64,000 bases of DNA from Bacteroidota bacterium. Its GTDB lineage: Bacteria > Bacteroidota > Ignavibacteria > UBA10030. The stretch covers positions 2,581 to 66,580 of the forward strand of contig JBEKAY010000017.1 in NCBI GenBank assembly GCA_050015675.1. The letters run 5' to 3'. Within the stretch, counting starts at the first letter, position 1; each line of letters starts with the position of its first letter. Of this stretch, positions 1 through 8,609 are shown piece by piece. Position numbers and translations under genes: made by a program. The notes beneath the pieces are model-generated. The model worked only from the letters and a program-made list of their open reading frames with translations, did no database searches and was not told the DNA's origin.

Positions 1-867
1 AAGAATTAATGTTTTTGCTTTAGTTATTATAATAGCTGCTTCCTCTGGTGACAACGCAAAGGCTTTATTGACATATATAATTGCCTCCTCAAGTCTTCCT
101 AACTCAAGATAAAAAGATGCCATCATATTAAGAATTGAATCATTTTTTGATATATATTGATCTAAAACATCCTTATTCGTTTCAAAATATTCTATTACTT
201 TTTCTGGTCTCTTTTCTTTCTTATAAATTCCCCATAATAAAACCTGTAAAACCTCTTGTTTCTTCTCTATCTCCCAAAGAGCTTTAATTACGTCAAAGCC
301 TTTACTTATAGATTCTTCATCAGATTTATTTATATAAGCAGAGGCAAGATTCATTTTTGCCTTATAGAAATTCGGGTCCCGACTCAATGCTTCATTAAAA
401 TATTTTATTGCTTCGTCAAAATCTCCGTCTGGTTTTGGTCGGTTGTAGATGACACCCATATTATTATAAATCCTAACTTGCTCTTTTGTATATCGAGTAT
501 TGTTTTTTATTTCACCGAGGGTCGTTAGTAATGAACTTCGGGCATCATCTAATCTGTTCAAATTCATTAAAACAACTGCTTCGTCAATCCTACTATTTAT
601 CTGTTTCTTTTCATCTTCAGATATAACAGAATCACTACTACCCGTTATTTGCGGGTAAATGGCCTTTTTAAGCTGTTCAAATGATTGGGGATTCTTTATT
701 ACCATTGGTATTTCTTCAGCAGATGAGACGTTCACGTTAAGAGTAATATGTGTGTTAATTGTTCGTTTATCTATTGGAGAATTGATACGATTAAAAAAAA
801 TCCAATTTGATAAATCAATATGGAGTTTATCTAATAATATTTTAATAAGCGGTGGAAGTTTGAACAT
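1..867 (-). CDS. TPR-repeat protein, partial (3' end runs off the left edge)
   Basis: Missing from the ORF track because there is no stop in the window. The reverse-complement reading from ATG 867-865 stays open for 289 codons down to base 1 (MFKLPPLIKILLDKLH...FDEAIKYFNEALSRDPNFYKAKMNLASAY...LGRLEEAIIYVNKAFALSPEEA). AAGGA lies about 9 nt upstream and an in-frame stop sits at 894-892. The sequence shows a TPR-like A..F..AL..P periodicity. The + strand ORFs 256..528 and 659..967 are shadows of this gene. Confidence 0.8.
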   Translation of the reverse strand, partial: MFKLPPLIKILLDKLHIDLSNWIFFNRINSPIDKRTINTHITLNVNVSSAEEIPMVIKNPQSFEQLKKAIYPQITGSSDSVISEDEKKQINSRIDEAVVLMNLNRLDDARSSLLTTLGEIKNNTRYTKEQVRIYNNMGVIYNRPKPDGDFDEAIKYFNEALSRDPNFYKAKMNLASAYINKSDEESISKGFDVIKALWEIEKKQEVLQVLLWGIYKKEKRPEKVIEYFETNKDVLDQYISKNDSILNMMASFYLELGRLEEAIIYVNKAFALSPEEAAIIITKAKTLIL

Positions 868-1143
868 AATTCTATCCTTTGTTTTTAACTTTTATGGTAG
901 ATTATATACATTAAGGAATAGTAAAAGTATATTTCAAATAACTTTTTTGACAACGTGTTACGTTTAATGGACAGACTCCAGCCTTGCACAATTGCTTCTT
1001 TGGTACCAACGAATCTGCATTCATCATACCAAACCTGTTTTGGAAAACTGAGTTGCGAGTTGCTAAGACATCCCTACAGCTTTACATCTTGTTCGGAGGG
1101 AGAATTGCGTAGCTTCAGTAATCCTACGAGACACTAAAATAGA

Positions 1144-1182
1144 ATCAAGCTATCGCTTGATACATTCTCAGGCCTCTGGCTG
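1144..1182 (+). repeat. 7-bp hairpin (ATCAAGC-TATC-GCTTGAT) followed by the conserved tail ACATTCTCAGGCCTCTGGCTG
   Basis: The same architecture recurs at 34428..34465 with a different but still complementary stem (ATCGCGC-TTC-GCGCGAT) and a near-identical tail (TCATTCTCAGGCCTCCGGCTG). Confidence 0.5.
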
Positions 1183-1216
1183 GTGTAATGGTAGTTAGTT
1201 TTATATTTATACGCAA

Positions 1217-1243
1217 GTAGGGGCGAGGTCACCTCGCCCCTAC
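1217..1243. repeat. Perfect GC-rich palindrome GTAGGGGCGAGGT-C-ACCTCGCCCCTAC (REP-like)
   Basis: 13-nt arms are exact reverse complements. Related copies lie at 3340..3373 (decayed) and 5990..6017 (GTAGGGACG... variant). Confidence 0.8.
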
Positions 1244-1394
1244 AAGGTAGAATGTCAGGAATCCTGCAATACTAGACTCCCGACTCATTTTTGTGACATC
1301 TTCCTCATAACGTAGTAAACATGTCGTCAATATTAAAAAAATACTTCATTTTTCATGTAACTTTTTCCTATATCAAAGATAGTATAGTATAGAT

Positions 1395-1904
1395 ATGAGT
1401 ATGAATCTTCTCACGTTCAATCAGTTGTATCACACTTACGCAAAGGATGTGCATCGGTTTGCGTTCTGGCTGTGCGGCGATACGGACGAAGCGAACGACA
1501 TTACGCTGGAGACGTTCGAGCGTGCATGGCTTGCCGATTCCGAAATACGCACCGAGACCGTGAAGGCATACCTCTTCACGATTGCGCGGAATCGTTTTCT
1601 GTATAAACGGCAGCAGCATAAACGCCACACATCGCTGAACGAGGCAATGCCCGATACCGCAATTGCGTTAGAAACGAGGACGGAACTTCAATCGGAATTG
1701 CAATTGACCTTAGAGGCAATGCAGCAGTTGCCAGAGATCGACCGAACGGTTCTGGTTCTGCGAGCGGAAGAAGGTTTATCATACGAAGAGATTGCACGCA
1801 CAACCGGCTTAACAGTTGTCGCCGCGAAAGTAAAAGTGTTTCGCGCACGCGCAAAATTAGTTTCTCTATTATCTAAAATCACAACAAGGAATTATCATGA
1901 ATGA
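1395..1904 (+). CDS. ECF-type RNA polymerase sigma-70 family factor
   Basis: 169 aa. Region 2 reads HRFAFWLCGDTDEANDITLETFERAW. The region 4.2 helix-turn-helix reads LSYEEIARTTGLTVVAAKVKVFRARAKL. The stop overlaps the next start (ATGAATGA). Confidence 0.9.
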   Translation: MSMNLLTFNQLYHTYAKDVHRFAFWLCGDTDEANDITLETFERAWLADSEIRTETVKAYLFTIARNRFLYKRQQHKRHTSLNEAMPDTAIALETRTELQSELQLTLEAMQQLPEIDRTVLVLRAEEGLSYEEIARTTGLTVVAAKVKVFRARAKLVSLLSKITTRNYHE

Positions 1905-2814
1905 TGATTTGACTTCCCCGGAAGTATCTCAATCCTCTTTTCGTCGCGTCTTCGTTGGCAAGCAAGGAATTCGCGCCGGCTGGAGTATCGGTATCTTCGT
2001 CCTCCTGATGGGGATGTTTACAGCAATGTTCATCATGCCGACGATATATCTTCTTGAGAAAAATCATTTATCTATGAAAGAGCTGCAGCCCTTGCAGACA
2101 TGTGCCAGCGACCTTGCCGCTTTTCTTGGGCTGCTGGCAGCCACGATGGTCATGGCCCGGATCGAACATGAACCTCTTATTTTTTATGGATTAGAAGGAT
2201 CACGGCGCATTGTGCGATTTCTCTATGGATTATTCTGCGGCGTGATCGCTCTATCAATCCTGGTAGGCGTGTTGAATCTCAGCGGTTTGCTCATCTTCGA
2301 TGGTCAGCAGATGTTCGGTAAAGCAGCGATCACATATGCAATTGGTTGGGGTATTGGATTTTTTTTAGTTGGTCTCTATGAGGAATACTTTTTACGCGGC
2401 TATCTGCTGGTGACCTTATCGCGCGGCATAGGATTCTGGTGGAGCGCCCTTGTGCTTTCCATTCTCTTTGGCTGCATCCATATAACGAACACTGGAGAGT
2501 CACCGGTCGGAATAGTTTCCGCTGTACTCGACGGATTTGTTTGCTGCATCAGTCTCTGGTATTTAAAATCCCTCTGGTGGGCAATAGGTTTTCATGCATC
2601 ATGGGATTGGGCGGAATCTTATCTTTGGGGAACAGCGGACAGCGGAAGAATTGCACAGGGACATCTGTTTGCTGTGCATCCGCAGGGAAATATTCTTTTG
2701 AGCGGCGGCGCAACAGGTCCGGAAGGAAGTTTGCTGGTTATACCACTGCTTCTCATTATAGCCGCGTTGATGTGGCTGGCATGGGGACGGAATAAAAATG
2801 TCATCGATAAATAA
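1897..2814 (+). CDS. CPBP (CAAX) family intramembrane glutamic endopeptidase
   Basis: 305 aa and polytopic. All three CPBP motifs are present: EEYFLRGY, FGCIH and GFHASWDW. Confidence 0.85.
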   Translation: MNDDLTSPEVSQSSFRRVFVGKQGIRAGWSIGIFVLLMGMFTAMFIMPTIYLLEKNHLSMKELQPLQTCASDLAAFLGLLAATMVMARIEHEPLIFYGLEGSRRIVRFLYGLFCGVIALSILVGVLNLSGLLIFDGQQMFGKAAITYAIGWGIGFFLVGLYEEYFLRGYLLVTLSRGIGFWWSALVLSILFGCIHITNTGESPVGIVSAVLDGFVCCISLWYLKSLWWAIGFHASWDWAESYLWGTADSGRIAQGHLFAVHPQGNILLSGGATGPEGSLLVIPLLLIIAALMWLAWGRNKNVIDK

Positions 2815-2818
2815 TTCC

Positions 2819-2920
2819 ATAACATGCGCAATCAACTTAACGATTGCTGCGAACGTAAAAACATTTCGTACGCGAGTAAAATTAGTTTCTCTACTTATAA
2901 TGCAAGGAGAAGTTGTATGA
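2819..2920 (+). pseudogene. Relic of the 3' end of an ECF sigma gene (region 4.2 only)
   Basis: This frame reads ITCAINLTIAANVKTFRTRVKLVSLLIMQGEVV*, against IARTTGLTVVAAKVKVFRARAKLVSLL... in the intact sigma (1791..1904). Nucleotides 2843..2893 versus 1818..1868 match at about 39 of 51 positions by hand, including a 16-nt perfect run AAAATTAGTTTCTCTA. The relic's TGA overlaps the next ATG (ATGA). Confidence 0.6.
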
Positions 2921-3327
2921 AGATAACAGAAGAAGTGATGAGCGATCTGCTGCCGCTGTATTTTGCAAATGAATGCAGCAGCGATACGAAGAAGTTGGTG
3001 GAAGAATATTTTCAGGAACATCCGGAGTTTGAAAAAGAATCACGACAGAAGTACAAAGATCCATTTGTCGAGAAAAATATTCCTTCGCTGACACATAATG
3101 AAGAAGTAAGAGCGTTAAAATCCACACGCCGATGGATAAAGGCGCGATCGTTCGTGCTTGCTTTCGCCATTTTCTTTTCGTTGTGCCCGTTTTCATATTA
3201 TCATACCGACAACGGGTCAGCTTTTCTCTTCCTTGAACATCCAACTGAGGCGTTGATCTATGTGCCGTTTGCTGTGGTGTTCTGGGGCATCTATTTCGGC
3301 ATCAAGCGGAGGCTGCGAACGGAGTGA
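2917..3327 (+). CDS. Putative membrane anti-sigma factor (two TM segments, no zinc ligands)
   Basis: I prefer ATG 2917 (AAGGAG 7 nt upstream, ATGA overlap with the relic) over the track start at 2824. The N-terminus MSDLLPLYFANECSSDTKKLVEEYFQEHPEF resembles an anti-sigma N-terminal helix pattern. Hydrophobic segments follow. Confidence 0.55.
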   Translation: MKITEEVMSDLLPLYFANECSSDTKKLVEEYFQEHPEFEKESRQKYKDPFVEKNIPSLTHNEEVRALKSTRRWIKARSFVLAFAIFFSLCPFSYYHTDNGSAFLFLEHPTEALIYVPFAVVFWGIYFGIKRRLRTE

Positions 3328-3339
3328 TAGGTTAACAAG

Positions 3340-3373
3340 GAGGGGCGAGGTCACCTTACACCTGCAAGAGGGG
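3340..3373. repeat. Decayed copy of the 1217 palindrome
   Basis: AGGGGCGAGGTCACCT is identical to the copy at 1219-1234. The right arm has degenerated (TACACCTGCAAGAGGGG). It lies 13 nt after the anti-sigma stop. Confidence 0.5.
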
Positions 3374-3651
3374 TTCGCATTGTGCTTTTTATAGTTCACC
3401 ATGATTATTCTTGTAAACAGTCTCACCGAGGTTTTATTGTGTTTTGGCTGAAATAATTATGGCATGGCTATTGTCATATTACCAACAGTGACAAAAAGGA
3501 TAATAAGAATTTTTTATTTTACCGATTGAGGCACTCTTTCGTTGTACCATACGTTTAATATGTGCAGTGAGAGTGTCCAAAAGATTGATTATTATGTATT
3601 AAATTTCACGTGGCGGTTATCTATTAAGGACAATACCAAAGGAGAAAGAAT

Positions 3652-5970
3652 ATGAAATACTTACTATTTGTGTTTATGATATGCTTTACAACGTCACTGT
3701 ATGCCCAAGACTGGCCTCGTGAAGTCTTGAGCACTGAAGGCACAATTACTATGTATCAACCGCAGATTGAATCGTACTCCGGAGATTCTCTGAAAGCCCG
3801 TGCTGCGGTCTCCATCGTCAAGAATGATACGGATGAACCTGTATTTGGGGCTATCTGGGTAACGTGCACGGTGCTGACTGACCGTCCAACACGAACAGTG
3901 AAGCTTGAAGGAATGGAAGTGCGAAGGATTAGATTCCCTTCAGGAACAGATGCAGATACGGCAGCAATTGCTGAAGCATTGGAAGAAGTGATACCGCGTT
4001 CTGATCTCACCTTCTCGCTCGATCTGCTTCTCGAAAGCATTGAGACAGCACAGAAAGAAAGGGACAACGCCCGCGAACTCGAAGTGACTCCGCCCAAAAT
4101 CATCGTTATGAATCATCCCGCCGTGCTTGTTCGGATTGACGGCGATCCGATTCTCACAGACGTTGAAGGAACTTCGCTGAAGCGCGTCGTCAATACTCCC
4201 TATTTTTTGGTTCAAGATATTTCTGCGGGGAATTTCTTTCTTCGTGGGGGCGACATATGGTTCAGCGCAAAGCAAATAAAAGGACCCTGGCGTCAAATTG
4301 CTGCACCACCGAACTCCGTTCTCGATCTTTCCAATCAAATGAAATCCGACGATGAATCGTATGAAGATTCAACCGCAAATGATATTGTATCGAAGACTGG
4401 AAAAGTACCTGAGATTGTCGTGAGTACAGAACCGACAGAATTGATAACCACGGACGGACCCATGCAACTTGTGCCGATCGAGGGAACCGGACTTCTTTAC
4501 GCAAGTAATACTCCAAGCCGGTTGTTTCTTGAAATCAAAACGCAAAAACGTTTCATCCTCATCTCAGGAAGGTGGTACACTGCAAAGTCTATAACGGGTC
4601 CGTGGGCATTCATCGCATCAGATAAACTGCCGGAAGATTTTAAAAATATTCCTCCCGGCTCAGAGTGCGACGATGTGCTTGCGAGTGTTGCGGGAACAAT
4701 ACCGGCAAAGGAAGCTATCTTTGATTCACAGATCCCGCAAATGGCGGAAGTGGATCGTGCGCAAACGACAACTCAAGTTGAATATGACGGAGATCCGCAA
4801 TTCGATCCGATCGAGAACACCGGGATGGAGTATGCAGTGAATACATCAACAGCGGTGATTCGCGTGAACGGCCGGTACTACAACTGCGATAGAGGAATAT
4901 GGTTTGATGGAGCGTCCCCATATGGTCCATGGGAAGTTTGCATCGATGTTCCTGGAGTGATCTATACAATTCCATCCCGATATCCGGTGTACAATGTTCG
5001 TTATGTTCGCGTGTACAATTACACTCCCGATATTGTGTATGTTGGATACACCGCCGGTTACACGGGATGTTATGTGTACGGCAGAACAGTAGTGTATGGG
5101 ACAGGATACAATTATCATCCTTGGTATAAACATCACTATTATGCACGACCATGGACATGGGGCTTCAACGTTCACTACGATCCTTGGACAGGCTGGTCGT
5201 TTGGTGCCGGCTGGGGACAGTCAAATGGATGGTTTGCGCATCGGTCAAATGAAACACATGCTGGGTGGTGGGGACCGGCGGAATATCGCCCGGTCTATCA
5301 TCCCGCAACGAAGGCGGTCTATCGTGCAGGATATCATCCGGTATACCAACAGACAGCATCAAGCGCACCTGTCGTGAAATCGCAGAATGAAGTAAGACGT
5401 ACTTCCGGGACGACCCGCTCTGCAACTCTCTATGATAACAGATCAGCTGGTGTAAGACGCCCGGTTGCGATTGAAACTCCAAGACCTTTAAGAGAAGCTG
5501 CGAGGAGGATACCGACAGCGCCGCGTCAATCCGAAGCTCGTCCGATAACTAGACCGGTGGTTCCTACTATTCCGCAACCGACACCGCAACCGGTTTCAAG
5601 AACTGAGACGCCGACAGTGCCGCGTCAATCCGAAGCTCGTCCGATAGTCAGACCTGTTACTCCTTCTTTGCCACAGCCTCAACCGCGGCCGGTCGCAGTA
5701 CCAGAGACACCGCGAATCGCGACTCGTCCATCACCGAGAGAGAATAATGTTTATGCAGCTCCAAACGGCAACATTATGCGCAGCACTCCTCAAGGTTGGC
5801 AGCAACGTGATCAGAATACATGGAAGAAAGCAGGCGAGACACCGGCGAAACAAGAAATAGTCCGCGACAGCGAGGTGCGTCAGCGTGCAGCCGAACGTTC
5901 ATCGAGTCCTCGGAATCTACGACCACCTGCGCCGAACCGCAGCTCGGACGATAAAGAGAGAAAGCGTTGA
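3652..5970 (+). CDS. Secreted protein of unknown function (signal peptide, three GPW modules, aromatic/Gly-rich block, Pro/Arg-rich tail)
   Basis: 772 aa. AGGAGA precedes the ATG. The N-terminus MKYLLFVFMICFTTSLYAQ looks like a signal peptide. Details are given in the findings. Confidence 0.8.
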   Translation: MKYLLFVFMICFTTSLYAQDWPREVLSTEGTITMYQPQIESYSGDSLKARAAVSIVKNDTDEPVFGAIWVTCTVLTDRPTRTVKLEGMEVRRIRFPSGTDADTAAIAEALEEVIPRSDLTFSLDLLLESIETAQKERDNARELEVTPPKIIVMNHPAVLVRIDGDPILTDVEGTSLKRVVNTPYFLVQDISAGNFFLRGGDIWFSAKQIKGPWRQIAAPPNSVLDLSNQMKSDDESYEDSTANDIVSKTGKVPEIVVSTEPTELITTDGPMQLVPIEGTGLLYASNTPSRLFLEIKTQKRFILISGRWYTAKSITGPWAFIASDKLPEDFKNIPPGSECDDVLASVAGTIPAKEAIFDSQIPQMAEVDRAQTTTQVEYDGDPQFDPIENTGMEYAVNTSTAVIRVNGRYYNCDRGIWFDGASPYGPWEVCIDVPGVIYTIPSRYPVYNVRYVRVYNYTPDIVYVGYTAGYTGCYVYGRTVVYGTGYNYHPWYKHHYYARPWTWGFNVHYDPWTGWSFGAGWGQSNGWFAHRSNETHAGWWGPAEYRPVYHPATKAVYRAGYHPVYQQTASSAPVVKSQNEVRRTSGTTRSATLYDNRSAGVRRPVAIETPRPLREAARRIPTAPRQSEARPITRPVVPTIPQPTPQPVSRTETPTVPRQSEARPIVRPVTPSLPQPQPRPVAVPETPRIATRPSPRENNVYAAPNGNIMRSTPQGWQQRDQNTWKKAGETPAKQEIVRDSEVRQRAAERSSSPRNLRPPAPNRSSDDKERKR
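5512..5709 (+). repeat. 2 x 99-bp in-frame tandem repeat (33-aa Pro-rich unit)
   Basis: The units start at 5512 and 5611. They encode PTAPRQSEARPITRPVVPTIPQPTPQPVSRTET and PTVPRQSEARPIVRPVTPSLPQPQPRPVAVPET. Confidence 0.9.
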
Positions 5971-5989
5971 AGCAAGAAAGTTGGTGTTT

Positions 5990-6017
5990 GTAGGGACGTT
6001 CAGCTGAACGTCCCTAC
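5990..6017. repeat. Perfect 28-nt palindrome GTAGGGACGTTCAG/CTGAACGTCCCTAC between convergent genes
   Basis: 14-nt arms are exact reverse complements. No flanking T-run is present, so it is not a canonical intrinsic terminator. It shares the GTAGGGRCG...CGYCCCTAC ends with the copy at 1217. Confidence 0.85.
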
Positions 6018-6044
6018 TGAGAAAACACTGATTGTCAAATCACC

Positions 6045-8609
6045 TCACGCCCACAGTATTAATCCCTCGCGGAATGGGCTGTCAATGTCCGGATGCTTTG
6101 GCAGTATGCGTACAGTATGCCCCATCCGCCCGCTAGTTTCGAGTTTGATAGTTCCGGTAAATTCATGCGTACCATCAGTTGTTTTTTTGCCGAACTGCAT
6201 AGGCAATGTTTTTGGTGAATCAATATCACCTTTTGCATCGAGCGGACCAAAAAATATTTCCACCGATACATCTTCTGGTGTGAGCTTGCCCAAGTCTAAC
6301 CAAGCGTGAACAATACATTCATCGCCGACTTTGAAACCGTCGTGTTTGTCTATCCTGACATCGAGAATTTTGAGCATGTTCCAATTATTTCGAAGATTTT
6401 GTTTCCAAGCTGCGAGTTGTTTTGCTCGCTCTAGTTTATTTTCAGAAAGAACTCTAGCACGCTGAAGAGCCGGCAGGTACATCTCCTCTGCGTACTGGCG
6501 CACCATCCGGTTGGTGTTGTAATCCGACCCAATGTCGCGAATAGCGCTTTTCATCTTGCTGATCCACGGGCGAGGCAGGTAATCTGCAGTGCGTGTGTAG
6601 AATAACGGAATTATTTCTTTTTCTAAAAGATCGAAGAGCGCATTCGATTCCACTTCGTTTTGGTACTCTTCATTGCGATATTCTTCTCCGCGGCCGATTG
6701 CCCAGCCGGTGTTAGGATTGCATGCCTCAGCCCACCAACCATCTAAAATGCTTACATTGATGGCACCGTTGAGCGTCGCTTTCATACCGCTCGTTCCGCT
6801 GGCTTCCATTGGACGGAGCGGTGTATTGAGCCACACATCGACGCCTTGCACAAGGTAGCGTGCAACGACCATATCATAATCTTCGATAAAGACCATCCGC
6901 CTGCGCGCTTCCGGCCGGCGTTCGAAGTGAATTATTTGGCGGATTAATTCCTTTCCCGGATTATCATTCGGATGCGCTTTACCGGCGAAGATGATTTGCA
7001 CAGGCCGTTCTTTATTGCTCAAAATATTGATGAGGCGCTCGGGATTTCGGAGAAGAAGAGTTGAGCGCTTGTATGTTGCAAAACGCCGTGAGAAACCGAT
7101 AGTGAGCGCTTCCGGATTGAGAATCTCATCTGCCTGCGTTATTTCGGAAAGAGTTGCACCTCGGGCCTCAAGCTGTAATCGCAGACGGCTGCGCGCAAAA
7201 GCAACAAGTCGTTCGCGCCGACGTTCGTGTGTGCGCCATAATTCTTCGTCGGGAATATGATGCACGCGTACCCACGAACCAAATTGTTGTTCTACATCTT
7301 CACGCCAGCCAAGACCAAGGTAGCGATCGTACAGCCCAGCCATATCGCGGCTGATCCATGATGGTGCGTGCACACCGTTCGTGATGGAGATAATTGGGAT
7401 GTCGCGTGCGGGAATACCGGGCCAGACGTTCTTCCACATCTCTCGTGATACTTTGCCGTGCAACTTGCTTACGCCGTTACTATGTCCTGACATTTTGAGA
7501 GCAAGAATAGTCATGCAAAAACTTTCGGCGGTGTTATTTGGATTCTCACGTCCGAGTCCTAGAAATTCCGCTTGTGTTAATCCCAACTCACGATAGTACT
7601 GGTTGAAATATTGTTCCATCAGCTTCGGATCAAAATAATCGTTGCCGGCAGATACTGGTGTGTGCGTAGTAAAAACTGTACATGCGATTGTTTCTTCGCG
7701 TGCTTCTGCAAAATTGATTTTGTACTCCCGCATCAAATCGCGGCAATGTTCCAGTGTAAGGAATGATGAATGCCCCTCATTTAAATGATAGACCGATGGT
7801 TTTAATCCGATCGCTGATAATGCGCGGCAACCGCCGATGCCCAGGAGAATTTCTTGTTTGATGCGGAGTTCCCTATCCCCGCCATACAATTGATCGGTGA
7901 TGTCCTGATCTTGCTGAGAATTCTGAGGAATATTTGTATCGAGAAGATACAGCTTCACGCGTCCGACGCACACTAACCAAATCTGTGCAAACACTTGCCG
8001 GCCGGGGAAATCCACGGAAACAGTTTTTGGTCTTCCATCGGAATCTAGTACTTGTGTGATTGGAAGTGCATAAAAATCATTTTCAGGATATCGTTCTTGC
8101 TGCCATCCGTCAGCGTTCAGGTATTGACGAAAGTATCCTTGCTGATATAATAATCCGACACCAACAATGGGCAGTCCCAAATCGCTGGCAGCTTTTAAGT
8201 GATCGCCAGAAAGAACTCCCAATCCGCCGGAATAATTTTGCAGGCACTCAGTCAATCCAAACTCTGCGGAGAAGTACGCAAAGCATGCATTTTTTTCTGC
8301 CGGATGAGTTTTAAGAAACCATGTTGATCCAGTATCCTGATATTCAGAAAAACGCCGGTTTCCACGTTCCACTTGGGCGAGAAATGCATCATCTTGAATT
8401 AGCGTGTTCAGTCGTTCTTGCTTAATCATTCCCAGCATGAGCACTGGATTGTGATTTGTTTGTTCCCATAAATCCAGATCAATCCGCATAAATAGTTCCA
8501 TCAATTCGTGATCCCACACCCAAAGCAGATTATATGCAATGGATTGAAGACATTGAAGTTCTTTTGGAATTGATGGGACAACTGTGTAAGAGAGGATTGG
8601 CCGAGTCAT
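6045..8609 (-). CDS. glgP: Alpha-glucan phosphorylase (GT35)
   Basis: 854 aa. The pyridoxal-phosphate lysine motif EASGTSGMKATLNG is present, and length and layout match the alpha-glucan phosphorylase family. Confidence 0.9.
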   Translation of the reverse strand: MTRPILSYTVVPSIPKELQCLQSIAYNLLWVWDHELMELFMRIDLDLWEQTNHNPVLMLGMIKQERLNTLIQDDAFLAQVERGNRRFSEYQDTGSTWFLKTHPAEKNACFAYFSAEFGLTECLQNYSGGLGVLSGDHLKAASDLGLPIVGVGLLYQQGYFRQYLNADGWQQERYPENDFYALPITQVLDSDGRPKTVSVDFPGRQVFAQIWLVCVGRVKLYLLDTNIPQNSQQDQDITDQLYGGDRELRIKQEILLGIGGCRALSAIGLKPSVYHLNEGHSSFLTLEHCRDLMREYKINFAEAREETIACTVFTTHTPVSAGNDYFDPKLMEQYFNQYYRELGLTQAEFLGLGRENPNNTAESFCMTILALKMSGHSNGVSKLHGKVSREMWKNVWPGIPARDIPIISITNGVHAPSWISRDMAGLYDRYLGLGWREDVEQQFGSWVRVHHIPDEELWRTHERRRERLVAFARSRLRLQLEARGATLSEITQADEILNPEALTIGFSRRFATYKRSTLLLRNPERLINILSNKERPVQIIFAGKAHPNDNPGKELIRQIIHFERRPEARRRMVFIEDYDMVVARYLVQGVDVWLNTPLRPMEASGTSGMKATLNGAINVSILDGWWAEACNPNTGWAIGRGEEYRNEEYQNEVESNALFDLLEKEIIPLFYTRTADYLPRPWISKMKSAIRDIGSDYNTNRMVRQYAEEMYLPALQRARVLSENKLERAKQLAAWKQNLRNNWNMLKILDVRIDKHDGFKVGDECIVHAWLDLGKLTPEDVSVEIFFGPLDAKGDIDSPKTLPMQFGKKTTDGTHEFTGTIKLETSGRMGHTVRILPKHPDIDSPFREGLILWA

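Noticed and set aside
256-967. Plus-strand ORFs 256..528 and 659..967.
   Set aside because: They are shadows of the much longer minus-strand TPR frame (289 codons, open to the window edge), and their translations are low-complexity.
2824-2916. The track start for the anti-sigma ORF at 2824.
   Set aside because: These codons overlap the sigma-relic sequence in another frame. ATG 2917 has AAGGAG at the right distance and an ATGA overlap.
5990-6017. The 28-nt perfect palindrome as a rho-independent terminator.
   Set aside because: There is no U-run on either strand after the stem. It is kept as a REP-like repeat, though it may still impede transcription.
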